The notes beneath the pieces were generated by a model, which saw nothing but the letters and a program-made list of their open reading frames with translations, searched no databases and was not told the origin of the DNA. A stretch of DNA of 64,000 nucleotides, from the NCBI GenBank assembly GCA_054600435.1, contig BAAIJX010000031.1, positions 124,001-188,000 on the forward strand. Reading direction: 5' to 3'. Position 1 is the first letter of the stretch; every line of letters begins with the position of its first letter. Shown one piece after another: positions 23,453-35,807 of this stretch. This stretch comes from Neophaeotheca triangularis (Eukaryota). Position numbers and translations under genes: made by a program.

Positions 23453-24813
23453 CTAATCGCTCTCATCACCTCCCTGCCCAAAAACTCTCACCAAATCAAA
23501 CCACCCCCCACCCCCGAAACTCGCCTCACTGCGCCCTTTGTTCTCAAATCCCAGACTCTCATAATACGGCACCAGCCCCTCATGACTAAGCAACGCGCAC
23601 CTGTCCCCAACTCCTTGGGACTCCAAGCGCTGCAGGAAAGCCCTGACCAGCGTCTTCCCCAATCCTCGCCCCTGGTACTCGGGAAGTACAGCAAGACTGT
23701 GCACGGCGATGGTTTTGCCGTCCTCTTTGTGACCGCGGCGCACGCCATCGCTATCGGGTTCCGAAGAGGTTAGGGAGGTGTTTGAGGGGATTGCCATGTC
23801 CTCGTCGCGGACGACGGGGTTGGTCGTTTTGGTGGCGACGATGTGGCCGAGCAGGACGGCTTTGCGGTTCGGGGCGCCGGAGTAGACGGGGGCGGAGGTC
23901 GGGAAGGTTACGGCGTTGGTTTGACTGTCTTCGAGGGAGCTGAAGATGCCTAGAGAGAGCTCGCCGCAGGTTTTAAGGCGGTAGTGGAACTGGAGGGGAG
24001 GGTGTTAGTGAGGGTGACTTTCTGGGGCAATTTTGCTTGGGCTTGTAGTAGTTCCGGAGTGAGACTGGGAAGAGAATTGACAGGGTTTCTTGCGAATGCG
24101 TCGGCAGTGGGATGCAGCTCGAATGTGGAAAAAGGACCACCTTCTGATCAGGCCGAAAAGCGGGTGACACTCGAGCGCCACAATCTTTCCTTTGAGGATA
24201 TTCTGCACCGTCGAAGAAAACAAAAGGCAATTCGTCTCCACTCCAATCCCGTAGCAGGCATCCCCAGGCTTATAATCACAAGCGACACACAGGATACGAC
24301 GCTAGGAAAATAAAGCCAACACATACAGCAGCCCAAGGTAACACGGCGCGCTGTCTTGAAAGCCTGAAACACTGCCATTGCAGTAGCTCAAGCTGGACAG
24401 CGCGACCGCCTTTACCACAAGAGGTGCCACTCACAGGGTAGCAGCAAAAGAGAATAGGAAGAAGATTTGGACCAAAAACTAACCTTTTCCCTCGTACACC
24501 TCTCATTCTCGGGGAACGTTGCTTCCTCCAGCAGTGTGCAGCTATCGATATCCGCCAGGGTCAAACTCTGCGTAATGGGGTGCAACTGGTCGCGCTTGGA
24601 GGTCGAGGCGTTGGAGCTCATGGTAGGGACTTCGCCAGAAAATTGTCGTATGAGGTTTTCGTCAGAGTCTTCTTCCTGTTGTTGCTGGCGCTCGGTTTTG
24701 TTCATGTCCATGGCTGGTCTGCGCTTAAGTTCTTCGTCCGTGTCCGGGGAGGTGGTCAGTTCGGGCGCTTTTTCCGTATCCTTGTTGAGTTGAGGGAAGA
24801 GGTCTCTGGGCAT
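23453..24813 (-). CDS. GNAT acetyltransferase, Paa1-like (polyamine/arylalkylamine N-acetyltransferase); exons 24813-24484 and 23989-23453
   Basis: LEEATFPENERCTREK|FHYRLKTCGELSLGIF, GHKEDGKTIAVHSLAVLPEYQGRGLGKTL, LVPYYESLGF, FGGGGWFDL. 494-nt intron GTTAGT...ACTAAC...CCAG. Confidence 0.88.
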
Positions 24814-25659
24814 GCTTTGAGTAGGTGAGGTTGGAGGGTTTGTACTGTGCGGCCAGTGGGATTGAGGTGGTGAGAGTGGCGTACTGTCTGTGACCGATCT
24901 AGTCACGGCTGGTGTGCGGGAGAAGCAGTTGGGCTTCAATGCAGCCGAAGATTCGTCCAGACAATACTCTTCACTACAGGAGCGGGAATAGGTGGTAGAG
25001 GTGGATGGTATGGTGGTCTTGTCTTTGGAGCACAGCAATCCCGGCAGAGGGGCACAGGTGACGTTTCAACAAGCGGCGCGACTCTCTGTGCAGAGCCAGA
25101 ACGTTGCTTGCAGTAGCGGGGCAGTAGAGGTGCAGCTGAACCGGAGATGAAGTTGGCACGTGATTGATTTCTTAATTAGACATATGGCAAACGTGACCAG
25201 GGTGAGGTGAAGTGAGGTGAGGTGAGGTTGAAGATCAGGTCTCAAGTGAATATTCAGGTACCTATCTAAGGCAACAAAATTCTCTTCAAGTCGCGTGATT
25301 AGCAATCAAGGAACATTACCTTATGGTGAAGAAGGAGCGACGACAAGGAAGCAACAACCTAATAAACAGCCCAGCCCAGCATGCCCAGCTCAGTGTCCAA
25401 GTGGGGTGGATGATGAAAGGTGGGGGAAAAGAACGGCCTGCCCAGTGGTGGAGGTGGACGGGCGGCTGCCTCAGGCCAATACCAATACCTACTTTTCTTA
25501 CCTTTGGATGGACAATCTGGAAGCCCCTTTAGGTTAGGTACTGTACTTAGGTATGTAGGTGTTGGATGAGATGCAGCAGGGAACCGGGTGTGTGGGAAAT
25601 TTACATTGCGCAGCATACGGGCAATCTAGCACAGTCGAGGTCAAGCAGGAGCAGGCAAT

Positions 25660-25925
25660 ATTATTACCTTACCTTACCTTACCTTACCTTAACTACCGTA
25701 CCCAGGTAAGGTAATGAATGGATGGATGGATGGACCTGGGTGGTCTGCCAGGTCTCTGACGCACTTACCGCCTATTCATGAGAAACCTCCCCTCATGTAC
25801 CGCTAAGGTAGGTAGAAGCTCACCTTCTCAAAGACTCTATGATTCTGCCTAACCATCAAAGTGATTGACTACTAGTACTACTACTAGTACTACTACTACT
25901 ACAACAACAACAACAACTACATAGC
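25660..25925. repeat. Microsatellite cluster: (TACCT)n, (GATG)n, (TAC)n/(AAC)n
   Basis: Direct reading of the divergent GNAT/DDI1 intergenic region. Confidence 0.85.
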
Positions 25926-26442
25926 ACCTTTTGCCACCAAATTACTGCTCACACTCACACTCATACTCACTCACACCCTTCCATCCCTTCCATCCCTTCC
26001 CTTTCCAGCTTTCTCGACATTACTTAGTCATGAGCCATCGGTAGCATCGACCAACCCTCACTTGACCGAACTTCAGAATCACACCTGGGCACACACCCAC
26101 CACCTTGATCCACCTTCCGTCTTCGGCCAAGGTGACAGTTGCCTCAAACATCCTCACACATACATACACACACCCTCTCACCGACCCTCAACACTGAACA
26201 CTCCCTTCCATCAGCCACACCACCTTTAGCCGTTCACTTGTCGCAACGGTCGGGTGTAGCGTCGGCATCTTCCTCGACAGCCTGTCAATCCGCCGCGTTC
26301 ACAGCTCAAAGCAGCGACGTGCATATCCAACCCTCAACAACGCAAGGCACGCACAACCAGCTCCGTGGTCAAGGACTCCGACCAGCCAGATCTAGCCGCT
26401 ATAGCCTGACGGGAACGGCGACGAGCAGAACCCGCCGGCATC

Positions 26443-28027
26443 ATGTAAGTCCACCTCGTCCCCCCAATCCCTCCAATCCGGGTCCCGCAAGGTCTCACCG
26501 TCAGACCTTCGCTTCGTTGCACAAAAAGACGGCGCAGCAAGAAAACTGACTGATCACATCATTCCCCAGGCCGCGAGTTACCATATCTATAGTCGCCCCC
26601 GACCATGCTCTCGATCAAGAGCTCCTCACCCTCGACCTTCCCCCAGGCCTTTCTTTAGCCGATCTCAAGGGCTTCGTCAACGCCGAGACTCAGCTTCCTC
26701 AAGCCCAACAGCAATTCTACCTCAACAGCGTCGCGCTCACAGGCGATAGCCAAACTCTCGAAGAAGCCGGTGTCAAAGATGGCGAGATGCTTGCTATGAT
26801 GGTTCGGCCAGCAGTTCCGCAAAACAATTCCGGCAACGACATGCGCTCACAGCAGAGAAGACAGGCAGGCGGCGCCGGAGGAGGACAGCGTCAAGGACCC
26901 CAGCAGGGTATGCAAGAGATTGAGACGACAAGGTTGAGTATCTTGGGCAACGCGGGCGCCATGGCGCAGGTGAGGGAACAAAGACCGGCACTTGCCGAGG
27001 CCATCAACGACAGCAACCGCTTCCGTGAGGTATGGCTGGAGATGATCCGCGAGGACGAAGATAGGGAGCGTGACCGTCAAGAACAGATGAGATTGCTGAA
27101 CGAGGATCCCTTCAACATCGACGCGCAGCGCAAGATTGAGGAGATGATCAGGCAGCAGTCGGTGCAAGACAACCTGCAGCACGCTTACGAGCACAACCCA
27201 GAAGGTAAGCAAGCATTTCAACCTTCCTCAATACAACTTCATGCTAACACCATCCAGTCTTCGGCCGCGTCACTATGCTATACATCTCGGTTCTCGTCAA
27301 CAAACACCCCGTCAAAGCCTTTGTCGATTCCGGCGCTCAAACAACAATCATGTCCCCTTCATGCGCAGAGCAATGCGGCATCATGCGTCTAATCGACAAG
27401 CGCTACAGCGGTATTGCCAAAGGCGTTGGCACCGCTACCATCCTCGGCCGCGTCCACAGCGCCGACATCAAAATCGGCAAGGCAAACATGTCCTGCAGTT
27501 TCACAGTCATGGAGGGTAAAGACGTCGACCTTCTGCTCGGTCTCGACATGCTCAAGCGTTTTCAAGCCGTCATAGATCTACGCACGAATCGCTTGGTATT
27601 TGGTGATGGCAACGAGGTCGAATTCTTGGGCGAGGCGGAGATACCAAAGTACATGGAGGAAACTGCTGCTAATGAGCCGACGGTCAATGGACCCAACGGC
27701 ACGAAGATTGGGCAAGAGTCTGGGACGGTTACGCAGAGTGGGGACGCTTCTTCTTCTGCTGCCTCGGGGAGCAATGGAGCTTTCAAAGGAGCAGGGCAGA
27801 CTGTCGGTGGTGGGGGCGATTCAAAAGCGCCGGTCGGCAACGACGGCCCAACACCTTCCGCCACACCCGCTGCGCCTCGCCCGGCTCCTGTTGCTCAGCA
27901 AAGCCATTCCAAGGAGTCGATCGATCAGCTTGTCAGCTTGGGTTTTACTAACCAGCAAGCTGTCGCAGCACTGGATGCGTGTGGCGGGAACGTGGAATAT
28001 GCTGCTGGATTGTTGTTTCAGAGTTGA
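26443..28027 (+). CDS. DDI1: DNA-damage-inducible protein Ddi1 (UBL - retroviral-like aspartyl protease - UBA); exons 26443-26444, 26570-27204 and 27258-28027
   Basis: UBL MPRVTISIVAP..., NEDPFNIDAQRKIEEMIRQ, catalytic FVDSGAQTTIMS, LLLGLDMLKR, and C-terminal UBA (IDQLVSLGF...ALDACGGNVEYAAGLLF). The start codon is split by intron 1 (AT|G). Confidence 0.95.
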
Positions 28028-28493
28028 GAACGAGACTTCGGATTGAAGATGAAGACACGACGTGGAACGAACTGAATGTGGCAAGACGGGCTTTCTGTCA
28101 TGTACTGGCTATGAAGCGGTGACTGCTGAGACTGGCGGCTCACGAGAAGCTTTGGCTTGCTTCTCCTTGCTACGAGCCCGGGCGATGTGCGCGTGGTATC
28201 GTGTATTCGTAGTAGCTTATACCACAATGGAACTTTGACGATGATACGTCCTGTTGCAGGCCTGGCCATGTCTGAGACTGTTTGTGATGTTGATGCTGTG
28301 TTGTACTGCAACACGTGACTTGCCTTAGCTAAGGCGGTGTAGACGGAAAGTTTCTGCCTGATAAGATAAGGAGTCAAGATTTCGCCAGACCGAAAGTTTT
28401 GAGAGAGCGAGAACCTCATCGACGAGCTCCTTCTCCTACCTTGCCACTCTCTTCCACTACGAAGATACCCTTCTCACCCCTTCAATCGACACG

Positions 28494-30461
28494 ATGAAGA
28501 CGACATGGAAGGACATCGCGCCGGTGCCAACCCAGCAGGAGTTTCTCGACATCGTCCTCTCCCGCACCCAACGCCGCTTACCGACCCAAATTCGCGCGGG
28601 CTTCAAAATCTCTCGTATCCGCGCCTTCTACACTCGCAAAGTGAAGTACACGGCCGAGACCTTTAGCGAGAAACTCGGCGCCATCCTCGAGGGCTTCCCG
28701 CGCCTGGCCGACGTCCATCCTTTCCACAAAGATCTGCTCAACACCCTCTACGATGCCGACCACTTCCGCATTGCTCTCGGCCAGCTGAGCACCGCCAAGG
28801 GTCTGATTGAAACGGTCAGCCGCGACTATGTGCGGTTGTTGAAGTACGCACAGAGTTTGTTTCAATGCAAGCAGCTCAAGCGCGCGGCACTGGGTCGTAT
28901 GGCGACGATTTGCAAGCGGTTGAAGGATCCCCTCCTCTACCTCGAGCAAGTGCGCCAGCATTTGGGCCGTCTGCCTTCGATCGACCCGAACACACGCACG
29001 CTGTTGATCTGTGGTTACCCAAACGTCGGGAAGAGTAGCTTTTTGAAGAACATTTCACGCGCGGATGTGGATGTGCAGCCGTACGCTTTCACTACCAAGA
29101 GCTTGTTTGTGGGGCATTTCGACTACAAGATGTTGAGGTTTCAGGCGATCGATACACCCGGTATCCTGGACCACCCGTTGGAGGAGATGAACACGATTGA
29201 GATGCAGTCGATTACCGCAATTGCGCATTTGAGATCGGCGATTATGTATTTTATGGATTTGAGCGAGCAGTGCGGGTACAGTGTTGCGGCGCAGATGGCG
29301 CTCTTCCAGAGCATCAAGCCGCTTTTTGCGAACAAGCTGGTGTTTATTGTCATCAACAAGATTGATGTCATGAGGCCTGAGGATCTGGATGCTGAGACAC
29401 AAGCGAAATTGCAGGAGTTGAGTCAGATGGCCAACGTGGAGCTGCTTCAGTTGTCTTGCACGACTACTGAGGGTCTGATGAACGTCCGCAACGCTGCTTG
29501 CGATCGTCTGCTCGCTGAGCGCAACGCCCAGAAGCTGAAGGCTGGAACCAACACTCAAGGCGAAGTGACAGGCAGACTGGGAGACGTGCTCAGACGCATT
29601 CATGTCGCACAACCTCTCGGCGGCGTGACGCGCGAAGCCTACATCCCAGACGCCGCGAAGAACAGGATGAAGTACGACCGCGACGACCCCAACCGACCCA
29701 AACTTATGCGCGATATCGAAGAGGAAAACGGTGGTGCGGGTGTCTTCAACATCAACCTCAAAGATCAATACCTCCTCGACAACGACGAATGGAAGTACGA
29801 CCGCATGCCCGAATACTTCAACGGCAAGAACGTCTACGACTTTGTCGACCCAGACATCGAAGCCAAACTCGCCGCTCTTGAGGAAGAAGAAGCCCAGCTC
29901 GAGGCCAACGGTCACTACGCTTCCGACGAAGACCTCGAAGACGCCGAAGAAGCAGACCTCCACCACAAAGCCGAGCTTATCCGCGAGAAGCGTCAACTCA
30001 TCCGCAACGAGAACAAAATGCGCAAATCTCTCAAGAACCGCGCCGTCATCCCGCGCAACAAGAAGTCCGTCGATCTCTCGAAAATGGAATCCGCGCTCGA
30101 AAACGCCGGCTACGACACCTCGACTCTCGCAGCTCGCGCCCGCTCCGCATCCCGCGGCCGTCCCGATCGCCGCGCCCCTTCTGCTCCCGCCGACGACGAC
30201 GATGCCATGGACGTCGACGCCACCCCTCGTGAACGTCTGAAGCGCTCCATGTCCATGCCCCGTACCCAGTCTTCCAACCGTCGCGAGACTGGTGTCGCGG
30301 ACCCCATGAAGCGTGAAAAGGCCGACAAACTTATGAAGTTGGGCCAGAAGAAGATGAACATGATGGCTAGGCAGGGTGAGGCTGATAGGCATACTACGGC
30401 CAGTCGCGCCAAGTGGCTCGTCGCTGGTAAGAGGGGCATGGGCAGTACGCGGAGTCGTTGA
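28494..30461 (+). CDS. NOG1: Nucleolar GTP-binding protein 1 (60S biogenesis)
   Basis: [45 protein letters not shown], and C-terminal GKRGMG. Confidence 0.97.
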   Translation: MKTTWKDIAPVPTQQEFLDIVLSRTQRRLPTQIRAGFKISRIRAFYTRKVKYTAETFSEKLGAILEGFPRLADVHPFHKDLLNTLYDADHFRIALGQLSTAKGLIETVSRDYVRLLKYAQSLFQCKQLKRAALGRMATICKRLKDPLLYLEQVRQHLGRLPSIDPNTRTLLICGYPNVGKSSFLKNISRADVDVQPYAFTTKSLFVGHFDYKMLRFQAIDTPGILDHPLEEMNTIEMQSITAIAHLRSAIMYFMDLSEQCGYSVAAQMALFQSIKPLFANKLVFIVINKIDVMRPEDLDAETQAKLQELSQMANVELLQLSCTTTEGLMNVRNAACDRLLAERNAQKLKAGTNTQGEVTGRLGDVLRRIHVAQPLGGVTREAYIPDAAKNRMKYDRDDPNRPKLMRDIEEENGGAGVFNINLKDQYLLDNDEWKYDRMPEYFNGKNVYDFVDPDIEAKLAALEEEEAQLEANGHYASDEDLEDAEEADLHHKAELIREKRQLIRNENKMRKSLKNRAVIPRNKKSVDLSKMESALENAGYDTSTLAARARSASRGRPDRRAPSAPADDDDAMDVDATPRERLKRSMSMPRTQSSNRRETGVADPMKREKADKLMKLGQKKMNMMARQGEADRHTTASRAKWLVAGKRGMGSTRSR

Positions 30462-31146
30462 GCTACTATTACTTACCGGGTTCCTCGAGCCGGGGCTTGC
30501 GGGTTTCGTCGTCTTTTTCTCCGTTTGGTGTTGAGTTGGCGTTGAGGATCATGGTCGTGTCAGGCGGAGTTAAAGAAATGGGCAGCGCGAAATAGTGCGC
30601 TTGATGAGTCGTCGCTTTTTCTTCCTAGGACTGTATCGTTCGGAGCTGACGACGCTTACTGATGAGAATTAACTTCTTGCAATCTTGCTGACCTTTGGGG
30701 TTTTCTTGCTTCGAATCGTTGAACGACCGCTACTGTGTTTGTCTCAGTGAATGCTTTTTTCTCGCACTCGTTCTCTCTTATGTCGCAGCGATTTCGTTAC
30801 TGCTTTTCCCTTTCACCGTTGCTGTCCCGCTGTACATTCTTCATAGTGCGGGTATACGCAAACTCTGACCCTGGATACTCCTAGTCCTCTACCGTTCAAA
30901 GGCATGAATGGTATTTTGTTAGAAACATCGTTTACGTGCGGGAAGAAATATGTCTGTCGTTCAAGAGGAGTTGATCTCTCAACCGGCTCCTATTGAGGTC
31001 ATGTCTGCCGTCGCCGTATGCTTGCCCCTCGGTTGATGTCAGTGGAGTATGTCATCTCTTTCCGTCCACCAACCAAACTTTCGTACATGGCTACCTAAAA
31101 ACCACCTTGCACGATTCCCTACCTCGTCCTTCTCCATCAAAGTACC

Positions 31147-32556
31147 ATGAAGGCATTTTCCTTACGACCATTCATCGATCCATCAGTCTTTTCTTCGTCG
31201 TCTCGGAAGGCCTTCGTCTGTCAATCGCGGGGCTTTCAGACGACAGCGACACTATCCTATCAAGCTCCGAGGTGTACCAATCATCATCTATCGAGCCGTC
31301 GATATCCGGATCAGCATCGTTGTAGTTTCTACCAAACAGCCATTCCTCGGAGACCAGTATCTGTCTCGTCTCACAGTCCGCAATCCATTCGAACCAAAGC
31401 AACAATGACGGAATCATCCCAATCCCCTCTCAGCGGCTTATGGAAGCCTACACATCTCCAAGCCCTCCACTACGGCCCCGACAGCGTGCAGAAGCATCTC
31501 CTGGCCAACTTGCCCACGCCCACGTCCAAAGCCTTCATCATCACCGGTAACTCTCTCGCCACCAAAACGCCTTTGATCAAACAAGTCGAAGAACTCCTAG
31601 GCCCTACCCGCCACGCCGGCACGTTCGCAAACATTGGCCAACACGCCCCTGTATCCCAACTAGACGAAGCCACCGACCTCGTCCTCAAAGACTCTAGTAT
31701 CGACACTCTCATCTCCATCGGCGGCGGCTCCCCAATCGACTCTGCCAAAGCAATCTCCTACCGCTACAACGAGAAGAGCGCCAGCAACAGCAACAATTTC
31801 CTTCACCACATCACCATCCCCACCACCCTCAGCGCCGCCGAATGCACCCCCAACGCCGGCTACACCTCCTCTTCAGGTCTCAAAACCGGCGTCGCCCACC
31901 CCTCCCTTGTTCCCAACGCCATCCTCTACGACCCCGCCTACGCCGCCCACACCCCCGTTTGGCTCTTCACCTCAACCGGCCTCCGCGCCCTCGACCACGC
32001 CCTCGAACTCCTCTACCACCCCACCGCCACCGAAATCCCTTGCAAACAACTTGCCCTCTGCGCCGCCACCGACCTCTTCACCCACCTACCCGCCTACAAG
32101 TCAGACCCTCACAACCAAGACACCGTCACCCGCCTCCAGCTCGCTTCCTTCGCCTCCCTCGGCTTCCTCGGCCTCAATACCAAAGGCTCCCTAGGTCTCT
32201 CTCACACTCTCGGCTACGCTCTCGGCAGCCCCTACGGCATCCCCCACGGCATCACCTCGTGTCTCACTCTCGGCCACGTTCTCAAACTCAAGTCCCGTTC
32301 GGATCCCGTCGCCGCTGACCAAATATCCCGTCTGACGCCTTTTATCGGGAGGGTTCGCTCCGGCGATGATGTCGAGGATGGTTGTGCTGTGGGTGAGGCG
32401 GTTTTGGACTTGGTGAGGAGGTTGGGGTTGGAGACGAGTTTGAGTGAGAAGGGAGTGGGCAGGGATCAGGTGGCGGTCATTACTAAGACTGCTACGAGAC
32501 AGGAGAGTGGGCCGGTTTTTGAGGCTGTTAGGGGTTTGGTGGAAGGGCTTTATTAG
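31147..32556 (+). CDS. Iron-containing alcohol dehydrogenase / maleylacetate reductase-like protein (second in-frame ATG at 31405)
   Basis: SIGGGSPIDSAKAI, IPTTLSAAE, TGLRALDHALE, LSHTLGYALG, IPHGITS. Confidence 0.9.
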   Translation: MKAFSLRPFIDPSVFSSSSRKAFVCQSRGFQTTATLSYQAPRCTNHHLSSRRYPDQHRCSFYQTAIPRRPVSVSSHSPQSIRTKATMTESSQSPLSGLWKPTHLQALHYGPDSVQKHLLANLPTPTSKAFIITGNSLATKTPLIKQVEELLGPTRHAGTFANIGQHAPVSQLDEATDLVLKDSSIDTLISIGGGSPIDSAKAISYRYNEKSASNSNNFLHHITIPTTLSAAECTPNAGYTSSSGLKTGVAHPSLVPNAILYDPAYAAHTPVWLFTSTGLRALDHALELLYHPTATEIPCKQLALCAATDLFTHLPAYKSDPHNQDTVTRLQLASFASLGFLGLNTKGSLGLSHTLGYALGSPYGIPHGITSCLTLGHVLKLKSRSDPVAADQISRLTPFIGRVRSGDDVEDGCAVGEAVLDLVRRLGLETSLSEKGVGRDQVAVITKTATRQESGPVFEAVRGLVEGLY

Positions 32557-32937
32557 GGGGGGTTTTGGCTGGGGATGTGGGTTTGAGACACCGGCTAGAG
32601 CAGGTGGGAAACCCTGTCATTACCCCTTACAGTGGAGGTTGGGGACGTAGGGAACATTGCATTAGGTCATGGAATAACCCGTCGATCGACCCCTCAGTAA
32701 CATGATTGCGTTGGTGGGACTTTTCGTCGCTAAAGAACTATTACGGCAAGCTGAGCTCAGACTCTCCTGTACGCCTGAGAAACCCCGTCCTAAACAATCA
32801 ATCATGCCAGAGCTACCGCACCGCGCTGGAGCCTTTCAAAGCCTGACCCCAAAAGCTACCGCCTCATCTCTCAAACCGCAAACTCCACCACTCAACCCTA
32901 CAGAGTTCCCCACTACTCCCCACAAACCCCCCCTCCT

Positions 32938-33789
32938 CTAAGACTCCCCCGCAATCTCCTTCCGCATAGCCTCCTTCACAATCCTCCCACACAATTTCGC
33001 ATGCGGATTCGTCGCCACGGCCAACTGCCTCGCCACCTCATTCCCATACAGCCCTCCCAGGTGGAAGTTCCTCGACCCCTCTTCTTCGAAAACTTCCTGG
33101 CTCCAGCCGCTCACTACCGTGCTCGCTTCCGCCGAAAGGGTGGGGTTTGCACCCCTTGGCCTTTCTTCCAGATCTCGCCATGCGCTGTAGTAGATTGCCG
33201 CAAGTTGCGTGTGCGCTTGGGCCAGGAGGCGGGCTTGTGGCGGTGAGAGGGGTGTTGTCGGGGTTGGTGGGGTTGTTAGTTTTATGGCGTGTCGGAGGTC
33301 GTGGATGGCGGAGGTTATTGCTTTGGAAGAGTCTGAGTCTGAGTCTGCTGGGGCCGGGGATGGGGCTGCGGTTGCCGTGTTGCTGTTGTTGGGGGTGCTG
33401 GGTTGGATTATCGTCCCTCGGTCGCCATAGCGCCAGCGGTGGAGCTGGGCGCGGTTGTTGAGCGCGGAGGCGTAGAGCGGGTGGGTGTTGATGAGGTCGT
33501 TGAGGTGAGATAGGGCGATTTGGTAGGTGCGGGTTTTGGTTCCGTTGTCGAGATTGTCCGAGGAAGGGGTGGTGGTTGGGTTGGGGTTGTAGGCTTTCTC
33601 GAAGTCTTCAATTAGACGGATCGCTTCTTTCTCGCCGGCTTGCAGTTTGGATAGTAGTGTTGGGTCTCGGATGTGCTGATCTGCTGGTAGGTAGGGATCG
33701 ATCACGACTTGGGCTGCTGGGCTGCTTTCTGGGTCGAAGACTTGGGAGAGCACTTTGCTATCTGCCTTTGACAGGGTGATGTTGGACAT
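32938..33789 (-). CDS. hmgX: HmgX-like / TTC36-like TPR protein
   Basis: LSKADSKVLSQVFDPES N-terminus, YASALNNRAQL, LAQAHTQLAAIY, and GGLYGNEVARQLAVATNPHAKLCGRIVKEAM, which is the NPYAxLC-type tail of TTC36-like proteins. Divergent from hppD. Confidence 0.8.
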   Translation of the reverse strand: MSNITLSKADSKVLSQVFDPESSPAAQVVIDPYLPADQHIRDPTLLSKLQAGEKEAIRLIEDFEKAYNPNPTTTPSSDNLDNGTKTRTYQIALSHLNDLINTHPLYASALNNRAQLHRWRYGDRGTIIQPSTPNNSNTATAAPSPAPADSDSDSSKAITSAIHDLRHAIKLTTPPTPTTPLSPPQARLLAQAHTQLAAIYYSAWRDLEERPRGANPTLSAEASTVVSGWSQEVFEEEGSRNFHLGGLYGNEVARQLAVATNPHAKLCGRIVKEAMRKEIAGES

Positions 33790-34378
33790 GTTTGGCCGTT
33801 TGTTTTGGCTATTGCCACTCGATCTCAGGCGGATTCTTGGTAGTGTCAGATTGATGTTGCCTGTCGAGAAGATGGATGAAACGAGGAGGAATGTGCTTCA
33901 ATCAAGCAATTTAAAATTGGATCGATTGTACGATGTGATTACCAGACTAAACTGCAGTTACAACATCAACGATCTTTGAACTTGATTTGGCAGACAAGCT
34001 TGACGGATATCGTGATGAGTCTTGCTATGCCGAAGACAGGATGTCGTCGACTTCCGCCACCGACGTTTGCCGACTCTCTCCGCGAACAAAGACGATTATC
34101 CTGCAAATACAAAGCCGAGCGGGCCCAAACTCCCGCACTTTGCCGCACTCGGCTCAAGAAGACTATCAATTGCGGTCGTCCAATCTTCAGGTTTGACATG
34201 AAATTCACTTACGCCGGGAAGTAGATATTGAGCTTAGGCCTGCACAGTAGGTCGGCATTGACCTGTACTGTCTTTTTCCTTTCTTATCGCCAGCTTCGAC
34301 CGTTCGCAAAAGAATCATTCCTTACTCTTCCCGTTTTCAGACAAAGCAATCGACAGACGGCATTGATCGATCAACTGA

Positions 34379-35689
<1,311 letters not shown>

Positions 35690-35807
35690 AGGGCTCTCTG
35701 GCATTTCAAAATTTCTTTAGCGTTCTGATGATCTGCGTTTGAGGAATGATCCTCTGCGAGATAACCCAATGGCTAGCCATTCCTCGTACATATTCATACT
35801 TGTCAAC

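Noticed and set aside
23990..24483. TPP riboswitch or RNase MRP/P RNA as the identity of the structured intron
   Set aside because: I could not find the TPP core (CTGAGA...GAACTTGAT) or the paired P4 motifs by eye.
29055..30392. 445-aa ORF antisense to NOG1 (likewise 15349-16359 antisense to OLE1)
   Set aside because: Codon-bias mirror ORFs opposite conserved genes.
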